Assembly: GCA_965644295.1 (NCBI GenBank)
Contig: CBFFRP010000408.1
Span: forward strand, 124,001-188,000
Source: Paraphysomonas bandaiensis
Lineage: Eukaryota > Protista > Chrysophyceae
Direction of reading: 5' to 3'
Length of the DNA stretch: 64,000 nucleotides
The translations under genes and the position numbers were made by a program. Shown in pieces: positions 1 through 10,554 of this stretch. The first letter of the stretch is position 1. Each line of letters starts with the position of its first letter. The notes below the pieces were generated by a model. That model did not search any database. It saw only the letters and a list, made by a program, of their open reading frames with translations, and was not told the DNA's origin.

Positions 1-155
1 TTTTCCATTTTTGACTAGGTTCAATAACTCAATCATTTGCTCCCACAACGAATTGCAAAATATTGCTCTGATTCTAGTTAAATTGTTTTACAGCATTAGT
101 TCTGACTCTAACACCCCTATTGCTAATAATCAGACATTCCCTACTTGCTGCTGAT

Positions 156-449
156 TATTGGGAATTGCTCATTTTAAGCTAGATCACAGAGAGAATTTGT
201 CGTTAGACTAGATAGGTTTATTAATATCGTTTACACGAAGTTGTGATAACCAACACTAACTCATTTTAATCTACGCATAATATCCTACAAATGCGAACCT
301 CACGTTACTGAACATATCTTGAAAGATCAAACTATTTCAGTTTCTCAATATCATCACAGCATTTGTACATCACTATATTTCACTGTATTCTCGTACATTG
401 TCTTCAAGTGACATACTGAATATACTAGAATAAGATCCATATTCTAATA
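156..449. mobile_element. Solo LTR, family A, copy 1 (294 bp)
   Basis: Aligns end to end with 17341-17634. Flanked by 5-bp TSD CTGAT (151-155, 450-454). Termini TATTGGGA...TTCTAATA. Confidence 0.85.
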
Positions 450-1709
450 CTGATTACTGATTATAGTTATTAATAAGTAAACAGTAAACGTTAGTATACC
501 ATTAGAAATCATAAGATGAATCATAAAACACAAATACCAGTGTATATCAAAAATACCCTGTGTTCTGGAAGAAAATATAAACTATTGCAATAAATATTGT
601 GAGTTATTTGCTATTAGTCAATAATATTGCAATTACCAGAGAACTATGTAAAATCATTGTTATTATTAAAGCGAGCTATACTTAATATTTAGATAATATC
701 CCAGACTATACTATGCGCTAGAGATTAGAGCTACACACTACTTCCACACTCATTAAAGTGATGCAAGGTACTACATATCATCTCAATGGTCATCAGAACA
801 ATGAATCACAAAGCACACAATTTGCAGAGGATCGTCAGAATTGTCAACCCTGAGTTTGAGAACGGGGTTGTCAAAAACCAAGCAGGACAGTAACAGGCAC
901 ATACTAGGAACGAAAGTGTTGTAGTTAGAATGCGTTGTAAAACTGTTGCTGTTGTCAATTGAGATGGCAAAGTGCATACGTTGAATATGAGTTTAAGTTA
1001 TGCAATCAGCTCAATAGCAGAATAAAACAAGAATGATCATAGTCTCACAGATGCACTGTTCATGTACTGGGAAACTCTATCCCTGTGATCGCTTTTTAAG
1101 CTCTGCCTAATTTATAATAACCGACTTGCGCAGTCGCATGTCTCTAACAGCCCTCAACATGCGAATACACTCCGGAGTCATACAGCTTCAATTCAATAAA
1201 TTTCCGACAAGATGATGGTTCAATTGAAACGGAGAGTGAGAGTGACGACAAGTTTGAGGGATGTTAGATTGAGTGAATGGCTCATTAATGCTACGATATC
1301 GTAGTAGCAGGTGAGTATTTTTGTCGCAGTTCAAACTGCTCACTATCGTACTTGGCTGGCTGTAGGAATGCCAGAATGCTCAGTGCTGGATGCAAGCAGA
1401 AGCACTTTTAAGCCAAACAACGATACAATCACAGCACACAGCAGTACCTCCTGGAGTACTGAGAGTATGCCGGTTTGTAGGAATTCCTACTCTGAACGTT
1501 AAAAATATATCGAGACCTCAACGGCCATAGACAAAAAAGTAGTGATTTCTACTGATTAGGTAGCTTTTCAACTTTAAAAATGGGCTTTTTATTACGTCAT
1601 ACAGGGAATACGTACTGTATCAACAGGAGACTAATCTATTAATAGAACTCAGTAAGCTGTGACATTATCTTAAATAGAAGACAGTGCTGTAAGCTGTAGA
1701 CACTTTGCG

Positions 1710-2719
1710 ATGAACAGTGACTTGTATGAGAGGCAATTAAAATGGAGGGAAGATGCAAAGAAGAAGGCGATAGCTAACAGCGCTAAAGCCGAATCTGATA
1801 AGGAGGAGAAGGAGCTCACCTTTAAGCCTCACATATACACTGCCCCTGTTAAAAAGTTTGAGGGTTCAGCCAGAGCATTAACCGAGAAAAGTGGGGCAAA
1901 CCACGTTCTTCGTCAAGCGAAAGCAAGGAAGGACAAGCAAGAAACTAACAGGTGTATTATTTCGATTGATTTGTCCTCGGCATAAGTAGTGTGGTGTATG
2001 CAGTACTAAAACAAACAAGAAATTTTCATCGCTACTACCTGTAGAAGCTGATCATGAGTATGCTGGAAGTGACGACCATAAAGAACCCGATAATATTGCT
2101 CCTTCGTCAAGATCTTTCGAATTCGACGACACAGATACCTTCCCTTTCCCGAAGGTGATGAGTTTGTATAGTTCTGATATGTTTTGTGATGTACTCTACT
2201 TGTGGGTAATACGTAGGACGATACTGAGATTGACGAGGAATCTCTTGTTGAGACCCTGGAAAGGGAACGCCGGTAAGCGATTTAATTTGTCCTCACTCGA
2301 CTAATAAACGTGTAGCGAGTGGCAGGCGGACAGACTGAAACTTATTCACTGTATTCACCTTCAGCAGCTAGAACTGACTCAACGGGCGGTTGCATCTCAC
2401 GAAAGAGCAGCCGATATTGCACAAGTGAGTGACGTTCGCATTACTTTACGCAGTTTTAATACTCTTTGTGTTGTACCAGGAGTTCGCGAGAGCTATAGAG
2501 GGTTTCGAAGAACGTCTAGTGTCTGTTGAAAATAACGTTCACAAGGAGATCTCGGTTGTCAAGTCTGTAGCCGAGTCCTTGGTGTCAAGCAGTCAATATG
2601 CTGCGGATGCAGCGGTGAACTCGGGAAATATCGAGCAGCGCCTGAACTCTTTGGAGGATGGTATGACCACTATTCTAGGAAAACTTGATGCTGTATTACA
2701 AGCTGTCTCTAGAAAGTAA
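1710..2719 (+). CDS. Five-exon coiled-coil protein of unknown function
   Basis: Exons ~1710-1951, 2004-2154, 2217-2272, 2316-2424, 2480-2719 joined by GT-AG introns. Contains an ELTFKP motif and the helical segment LERERREWQADRLKLIHCIHLQQLEL...EFARAIEGFEERL. Confidence 0.75.
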
Positions 2720-4131
2720 AAGCGAATATTGTATTTCATGTGTGCGGATGCAGTGACTGCGAGTTCGTTAGCGTAAATAGTTGAGGCTGCTTATATATGT
2801 AATTAAATATATATGTAACTATGTTTCAATATTCCTCTCACCGTAATGAAAATTCAATTAAAATAAAATTTTATGGTTTCAAGGTTTGATTAGCAGGGCC
2901 AGTCAACAAGATATTGCCAGCAGAAATAAATAATAATGTTTTCATGACCAATAATAATTATTAAATATGTTACAATATATTGATATATATTGGGCGCTAA
3001 GAAGAAAAAATGCGCTCGGTCGGTAGTAAATAGTTAGTAGAGGTTACAACATAATGATGAAAACCCAATAACAAGGCAGCAACTAGTACTCTAAAAGTGT
3101 TCCAACTCTTCGTCACTGTCGTCCTCATTCTTGTGATGACCTACTGATAATAATAAGACTTTCGACCCATCGTCGATGAACCCAAAGGAACAGCAGCAGT
3201 TCGTGGCGTCGTCGGGTCATTCCTTGTCGTAAGTGTGTCATGAAAATCTTAGCACTTGATTATTGACTGTTTAGACTGGCATTCTATTCCAGATTATAAG
3301 AAAAACAAATTTAGTTGTACGAGGATGACAGCATCAATTTAAACAGTTTGGAGTCTACTATTTGGTGAATAGCTTGATAGAAACATAGAAACAGTACGAA
3401 ATTCTAATATTGAATAGTGTTCTACCTTGCAGGTAGTTATCATACTTGTTCGATGTTATAATAGTAGATGGGTTATGTGATTATAAAGAGTAGTTTATGA
3501 TTAATTAAGTATATTTTCTAAGACACACTAGCATGAGCAATATATAGCAATATATTGCAAGGCCAAATCGTTAGTGATGTACAATGTACTCTATTTTCTG
3601 TAAGTAATTAATAATTAATTAGTTTATATGAACTAATTGATTATTAAAGTAACTCATCAAATAGAATATCCTCGTGTTTCGTGTATGCCAGTTATGCTGA
3701 TGTGCTGCTATAATTTAAAATATAACATAACCCATCCGCCATCTATTCTAACTTCATAACTTTCTTTAACGATCATAGTAGAAAAATGAGCTAACTACAA
3801 AATTGCCTTCCATTTTTAGACTTCGTATATAATGGCGGTGGTATTCGTTATTCCTATATAATTTAATCGACCTGGGCAGTACACTGCCTCCCATACAATC
3901 TACTGTAAACTACTGCACACATATCGTATTGTTAAATATAATTATTTACGAATTTCAAACATTGTGCGCCAGTTTAGATAGGCGAATGTGCAGTAATACT
4001 ACTTATTCAAACCCACGCCATAATCAGTGAATACAACAACTAATAGCTTTTCAGGGGCAGCTTCGACAACTACTTCGAAATACATTCCCTAAGAAACGTT
4101 ACTGGCTTCCAAAGCCAAAATATGTATGTAC

Positions 4132-5217
4132 TTATGACAATATGGAAAGAACAGTAGCTTGTCCTTTCTGGGCGTGTGCAATGGCTTCGATGCACTTATT
4201 ACTGGGGAAAGTTTTCGCATGTACGTTTAGTCCATCAGTTCTTAGTAGCTCCACACCGGCGGCTACAGCGCGGGCTGCACCTTCTGGATCGTGCTTGGCC
4301 AGACTGTGGAAATCAAAACCTTTGACGCGCTGCCCGTTAAATATCGCCTTAGCAACAGGAAAGTCAATGCCTTCGCATTCCTCGAGTAGTGGTACCGGTC
4401 CATTGTAAGTTACCACTACTGAGTCGTCAGCCAGTAGAGACACGAGAGGACGGGTGAATCTGCCCACAGAACAAGTTACTGCCAGACGAGCAGTACCCTT
4501 GCTGGAGACTTTTGTCTTAAAGGTAGAGTCCACAAAATCTGAGTCTTTGGCGACCACTACGTGAATACCCCCTTTTTTACAAATAGCATCAATTGCGCTA
4601 TTGAATGCAGCAGGTCCGCTCTCTGAACGAATTACAACATCTCCAGATTTCAAGGCGGCATTAGTTTGAAGAATAGCCCAGGCCGCGGCAACATCAGGCA
4701 GCAATACAGCCTGCTCAATTGAAAGAGAGGATACATCAAATACGCTATTTGATGCAGCCAGCACGTCGTCGTTCCAAGTTCCAGTTTCGGAAACTACTAA
4801 TACTTGGCTATTCTGAGGTAGACTAACACCCTCACCAACAGCACTTACAGTACCAACACCAAAGGTTCCAGCAACACCTGACTTTGACCGCAAAAATGAC
4901 AACCCCTGAACCTGTTTAAAGACATAATCCGTCAACGGTAACCCGCAGCAGTAATTTTATCTCACCGATCTGATGTCTTCATAGGTGACAGGGCATGCCT
5001 TGATACCCACCTTAACCTCCCCAGGAGCAGGCGCACCTACCTTAATAGCTCCTCCAGCTCTAAATGTAGCACAAAAAACGTTATGACGAACAGTGAGTCA
5101 GAACATTTCTTACTTCAACACCTCAGAAGGGAGGCCGAAGGACTGGAATGACACCGATGCAAACAAACGGCGCTGACCTGCACGAGACACTGCACTGCAC
5201 AACACACGTCCAGCCAT
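4132..5217 (-). CDS. Divergent mitochondrial trans-2-enoyl-CoA reductase (MECR/Etr1)-like MDR-fold protein, 3 exons
   Basis: Presequence-like N-terminus MAGRVLCSAVSRAGQRRLFA, then FQSFGLPSEVLK, PAPGEVKV, GVGTVSAVGEGV, GTW, LKSGDVVI, VTYNG, IFNGQRVKGF. Intron 4912-4965 joins EDIRS|VQG. Confidence 0.7.
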
Positions 5218-5351
5218 GGATATTATAGTCTCAAGTATAAGTGGGATATATATACTACAATAACTAATCGCTGCTGCAAGGCTAATGAGTATTCATGACA
5301 CAGCACCAACATCACTGGGCCCCATTGTTTGCATACACATACATGTACATC

Positions 5352-6382
5352 TACATACATACATACATACATACATACATACATACATACATACATACAT
5401 ACATACATACATACATACATACATACATACATACATACATACATACATACATACATACATACATACATACATACATACATACATACATACATACATACAT
5501 ACATACATACATACATACATACATACATACATACATACATACATACATACATACATACATACATACATACATACATACATACATACATACATACATACAT
5601 ACATACATACATACATACATACATACATACATACATACATACATACATACAGACGACAGACATACATACATATATACATACATACATACATACATACATA
5701 CATACATACATACATACATACATACATACATACATACATACATACATACATACATACATACATACATACATACATACATACATACATACATACATACATA
5801 CATACATACATACATACATACATACATACATACATACATACATACATACATACATACATACATACAGACAGACAGACAGACAGACATACATACATACATA
5901 CATACATACATACATACATACATACATACATACATACATACATACATACATACATACATACATACATACATACATACATACATACATACATACATACATA
6001 CATACATACATACATACATACATACATACATACATACATACATACATACATACATACATACATACATACATACATACATACATACATACATACATACATA
6101 CATACATACATACATACATACATACATACATACATACATACATACATACATACATACATACATACATACATACATACATACATACATACATACATACATA
6201 CATACATACATACATACATACATACATACATACATACATACATACATACATACATACATACATACATACATACATACATACATACATACATACATACATA
6301 CATACACACATACCTACCTACCTACCTACATACATACATACCTACCTACCTACCTACCTACATACATACATACATACATACA
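5352..6382. repeat. ~1.03 kb (TACA)n tetranucleotide microsatellite with short GACA and TACC variant blocks
   Basis: Directly visible. Interruptions near 5650, 5866-5884 and 6306-6360. Confidence 0.99.
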
Positions 6383-6660
6383 GAGTACCTATACAGATAT
6401 GGCGTTTCTCATACAGAAGCAGCAGTATACCGGTACGTATAGTGCAGTGCTGTGGATGTGCATATAGTAACGTAAATATGAAGCATGATATTCCTCTCTG
6501 TGTGGTAATATATTTTGAGCAATACACGGACTATACCGCACAAAAGGATAGCAATAGTTACCTATCCCTTCACTTAGTGCATTTTTCTTATCGGGAATTA
6601 TAAAATATACAGCTCGATTATTTCATATATCCAGACAGGTACTCTAAGGGCTTTTTCAGC

Positions 6661-6930
6661 ATGTCAAGCGTTAGTTATACGGCAAGACAGACTTTGTCTT
6701 CTCGCCGGTTTGGATTTTTAATGTTTCATGGTCTGCTTTTTGTGTTCGTTTTTATTCTTGTATTAGCACACGGTTCCCTGTCTGAAAAGACTTTACAAGA
6801 TACAAGTAGACGAGTTATTGTACCTGAGATCATAAATGGTTCCAACCACATCCATCCATGGCTTGCTACGTGTGTGTCACTTATATTTTTAGCGTTTATT
6901 GTTGCCCTTATTGTAATTTACGGAGGGTGA
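6661..6930 (+). CDS. Possible small membrane protein (89 aa, two hydrophobic segments)
   Basis: ATG-initiated ORF with a signal/TM-like stretch (LLFVFVFILVLA) and a C-terminal TM (CVSLIFLAFIVALIVIYGG). No recognisable family. Confidence 0.4.
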   Translation: MSSVSYTARQTLSSRRFGFLMFHGLLFVFVFILVLAHGSLSEKTLQDTSRRVIVPEIINGSNHIHPWLATCVSLIFLAFIVALIVIYGG

Positions 6931-6949
6931 GGCCTCAGCTGTATATAAT

Positions 6950-7236
6950 TGTTGAGTTTAATGAGATCAACATTAGAAGTAGCCATCCTTGTGAGCGTTG
7001 TATTATCAAATGAATATGCTGTTATATTAATATAACGTAAAGTACTTTGCAGCTTATTATTGTCATTTACAGATTGGACTCTATAGTAGGTTACTGATTG
7101 TAAATCTCGCAGATAATGAAATGAGTCCACGCTATATACATATTGAGCTTTATACTACACTGCAAGTTCTAATATTTAAAGAATGCATACAATAGCTCGC
7201 AATAGTTGCCAAGTACAGTAAATTTCAATGTCAATA
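6950..7236. repeat. Solo-LTR-like dispersed repeat, family B, intact copy
   Basis: TGTTGAG...TCAATA termini. Collinear with 9541-9735 + 15268-15306 + 15712-15788. No TSD recognised. Confidence 0.7.
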
Positions 7237-8022
7237 TTTATGTGTTCTATATACAATAAATGGTTTAATATTCATTGTGGTAGATGTGTTTAGTGTAATT
7301 CTTCTATTTGCTTAAATTACCCATACTAGTCATGTCCAATTTTGCTGCAAAAGCGTAAAAAATTAGAGTAACATTTTGGTTGAAAGCGATCACAACTTCA
7401 ATCTAAAGATCTCTACATCTGCGACGTTGCTAATGAATTAGAATCATTTCTCTTTCCTTGCTTTTAATACATCAGTCTGCTGTGAGGCGGCTCACTAATC
7501 GAAAGTGAAAACGTTAAGTTATCTCTTCCTTGATAGCATTCCTCATACAACGCTACTGTGCTTGTCAGTTGTCAGTGTTCAGATTATATGATAACATTAC
7601 ACAGAAAAGTCGAAGTTGGACTAGATAGAGCATGTATTATATTAGTCGTCAGGGTGTATAGGAGTATGCGGAGAAGGCTTAGATGTAGTAAATACCTCTG
7701 TACACTGTATAGTGAAGAGTACATACGCCTGGACCGCAGGCATTTATTATTATAAATCAGCGATGTAGTCTCACTTCCATAGAGCAAATCTCAGGAAACA
7801 AGGCTAAAGTATTTTGGTAACCCAATGTACATCATTTCGAAGTTAGGTTATCAATAGTTCCCTGAAATAAATGCAAATTCTACCTACCCTGCATATGAAA
7901 TTGACTGAGTGGATATCTTGCACTATACGTGTTTCGAAACCCTGCTTTGGTTTCAAAAGATTTAAGTACATCATGCAAATTATTCTACTCATACTATTCA
8001 AAATTCCTTTTCACTGCAAGCC

Positions 8023-8485
8023 TCAAGCCTTTGCATTTGATACAGTCTTACAAACGAGTGTTTTATCTTGACACTGACTGTCGTTTAAGCTTTCCGCAGA
8101 GGTTCCGTCTTTCCACCTAAATGCCCATACATGATGTAAAAAGCACAGTAATATGACAACCATATTACCTGTGCAAAGTCGGCACGCATCTTAAGTTAAT
8201 TAAAGGATTCGATCGGTAGCAATAGTCTGGTGATCGAAACTCCTCCCTTTTGACATTGAATACAACAAGCACGGAATCTGAACAGTATTCTTCCAATGCC
8301 CCTAAAATAATAGGCTCCGCTCTTGTGCAGTCAGGGCACCAGCTTCTTCCGTTTAGTTTTTCTCCTGTGAATAGCAAGAAGAGCGGGGCGCCGGGGTAGG
8401 ACTCCTGTATCTCCATAATCTTAGCGTCTAGTGCAGAGCTACTCAGGGCATCATCAACGATGACTACACCGGCAATGTCTACCAT
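8023..8485 (-). CDS. TXNDC17: Thioredoxin domain-containing protein 17 (TRP14/DUF953)-like, 2 exons
   Basis: SWCPDC active site, LRCVPTL motif. Intron ~8119-8168, last exon WKDGTSAESLNDSQCQD...AKA*. Confidence 0.88.
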
Positions 8486-9735
8486 ATCTCTAACGCTATC
8501 ACGTTCTCTTCTTGTGACAGATGGAGGTGAGGTGAGGTGATTGATATCTTCCGGCCCTGAGGCTCACATGAACAATACACTGCCTGCTGTATACTGCTGT
8601 AGTACTACACAACTACAGTGTCTGTGTGCTGTTCGTATCATGATACTGAATACAGTACAGTAGTGTATCATACGTACGTCGTAGTGCAGTGTGTATCATG
8701 ACTGACTCTATATGGGCGTCTAAAGTACAGCACAGTCTCCACTTAAGTAGGTTGCTTCAAATGAAATTGTGACTCGTTTGCACCTCCGTGTGTTGGTCAT
8801 TTATCCACCGCTTGAGTGTCACTCTGCTCTATATCGTCTACACGTTCAGAGCAGCGATTGTGTCGTGTGCCTCCCAAGTATGAGCCAGTGACTATATGCT
8901 GATTTCAGTGCCGTCATGTTTGTTATGTTAGAAGGATCAAGAGACTGTAAACATTATCTGAAATAGTCAAATACACTAGTGACATATGCATCGAAACAGC
9001 AACAGCAACTTGGATACTGGCGACCTGACGATGGAAGAGGAACGGCTTAGGGTGCCATATATATTATATATATACCTACAGTGTGCTGTGACAAGCTATG
9101 TCTTTTTTCTTTCGACCCGGATGGTTTAACTCAAACATCGAGACCAATTCCGAATCGCTACGCCGCATGGACATTCATGACTCCTCAAATCGAACGCCAC
9201 TGGTCTGGGCACATATGCGCCTCCCAGCCAGTAGATGCGTTTGGTACATGTGTCTTGTCAAAATGACGATTTAAGTATTATATCTGGAACGGTTGAACCG
9301 TGGTGCACACGTCACTGCGCAAAATTTTCACGTACTTATTGTACTCCATTTGCCTAAAGTAGATAGAGAAGTGAAAGTGTGCCCCTAGCACAGTTAACGA
9401 CAAATGACAAAACCAAAAAGAGCTGAAGTATAAGAGTACGCTTTCGCATGTCACAATGTATTATACGTTAAGTATGAAATACTCTGCATCGTATCGTGCG
9501 CACCCACGTATCGTCACTCTTATGTCAAATATACGATAATTGTTGAGTTTGATGAGATCAACATTAGAAGTAGCCATCCTTGTGAGCGTTGTATTATCCA
9601 ATGAATACGATGTTATATTAATATTACGTAAAGTACTTTACAACTTATTATTGTCATTTACAGATTGAACTCTATAGTAAGTTACTGAATGTAAATCTCG
9701 CAGATAATGAAATAATGAAATGGGTCCACTCTATA

Positions 9736-10054
9736 TGTTGAGTTCTGCTATATGAGAGCAATTGAAAGCTGTAGTTATAAGGTATTTAAATTACTGTATT
9801 ATACAGTTGTAGTCTTGTTAATCGTATTGTGAGAATGAATGACGATAAGCACATAGCGGTAAAACGGAATATTGTGACGATGCAAGTTGTAGTGACGATG
9901 TAAGATCGTCGTACGAGAAATGAGTGGTAGTGGAGACAACATGATATTGATGAATGATAAGAGACATTGATTATAATTTATAATTCTCAGCTTTGAGTAT
10001 AAGTTACCTTCTGTTGTTAAGTTAATACTTCTCATATAATGTCAAACCTTGACA
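9736..10054 (+). repeat. 5' LTR of copia element
   Basis: TGTTGAGTTCTG...CCTTGACA. No differences seen versus 14949-15267. Confidence 0.97.
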
Positions 10055-10518
10055 TGGTAGCAGACGGTAGTTCCGCAAGTAGTTCGGAATGGAAACACCT
10101 TCCGAAGTTCGATCAGTTCGGTGTTGTGAACTGGACGAAGCGATTGAGAGTTTGGCTTATGAGAAAGAATCGGAACCATCTTGGGTTGGAAGAGCGACCG
10201 CATCGACCTGCTGACAATGCGTCCACAGCTGTGAAAAACAAGTATAAGGAAGACCTCGACAAGTGGTTGGAGAGAAAAGACACCTGCATCAGTTCCATCT
10301 TCGAAGCTGTTCAACCTGTTGCGGAGGCGCTTGAGATTGTTGATCAATACTTCCGAGAGAAGGACATGCTTCCACCTGATGATCCTGATAAGGAGATGTT
10401 AGCAAGTGAATTGGTAAATAAATTGGTTATTAGATTTCGTGGGGAAACCCAGTACGAATTGGTGGAACTGAATAAACAGTTTGCGTCATTTAGAATTCTA
10501 CAGGGGGAGCTGGTGTGA
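10039..10518 (+). CDS. gag: Copia Gag N-terminal part, ending at an in-frame TGA
   Basis: LPKFD...NWTKRLRVWL and FRILQGELV resemble copia capsid. The same frame continues past the stop (TAIDRLNGIVQKMTELG) into the 10555 ORF. Confidence 0.85.
   Translation: MSNLDMVADGSSASSSEWKHLPKFDQFGVVNWTKRLRVWLMRKNRNHLGLEERPHRPADNASTAVKNKYKEDLDKWLERKDTCISSIFEAVQPVAEALEIVDQYFREKDMLPPDDPDKEMLASELVNKLVIRFRGETQYELVELNKQFASFRILQGELV
10055..10075 (+). promoter_or_regulatory. Primer binding site, initiator tRNA-Met type
   Basis: TGGTAGCAGACGGTAGTTCCG directly after the LTR. The first 10 nt complement the ...UCUGCUACCA 3' end of eukaryotic tRNA-iMet. Confidence 0.8.
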
Positions 10519-10554
10519 ACAGCCATTGATCGACTGAACGGAATTGTCCAAAAA

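Noticed and set aside
5223-6603. Six long ORFs (YIHT/MYVC repeats)
   Set aside because: Artefact of the stop-free (TACA)n microsatellite, open in all frames.
9799-10035. 78-aa antisense ORF duplicated at 15012-15248
   Set aside because: Lies within the two LTRs; duplication reflects LTR identity and there is no protein motif.
10516-10518. TGA reassignment (alternative genetic code) to explain the gag stop
   Set aside because: Host genes in this window (FEN1, ABCB, SPDS, TXNDC17) terminate at TGA.
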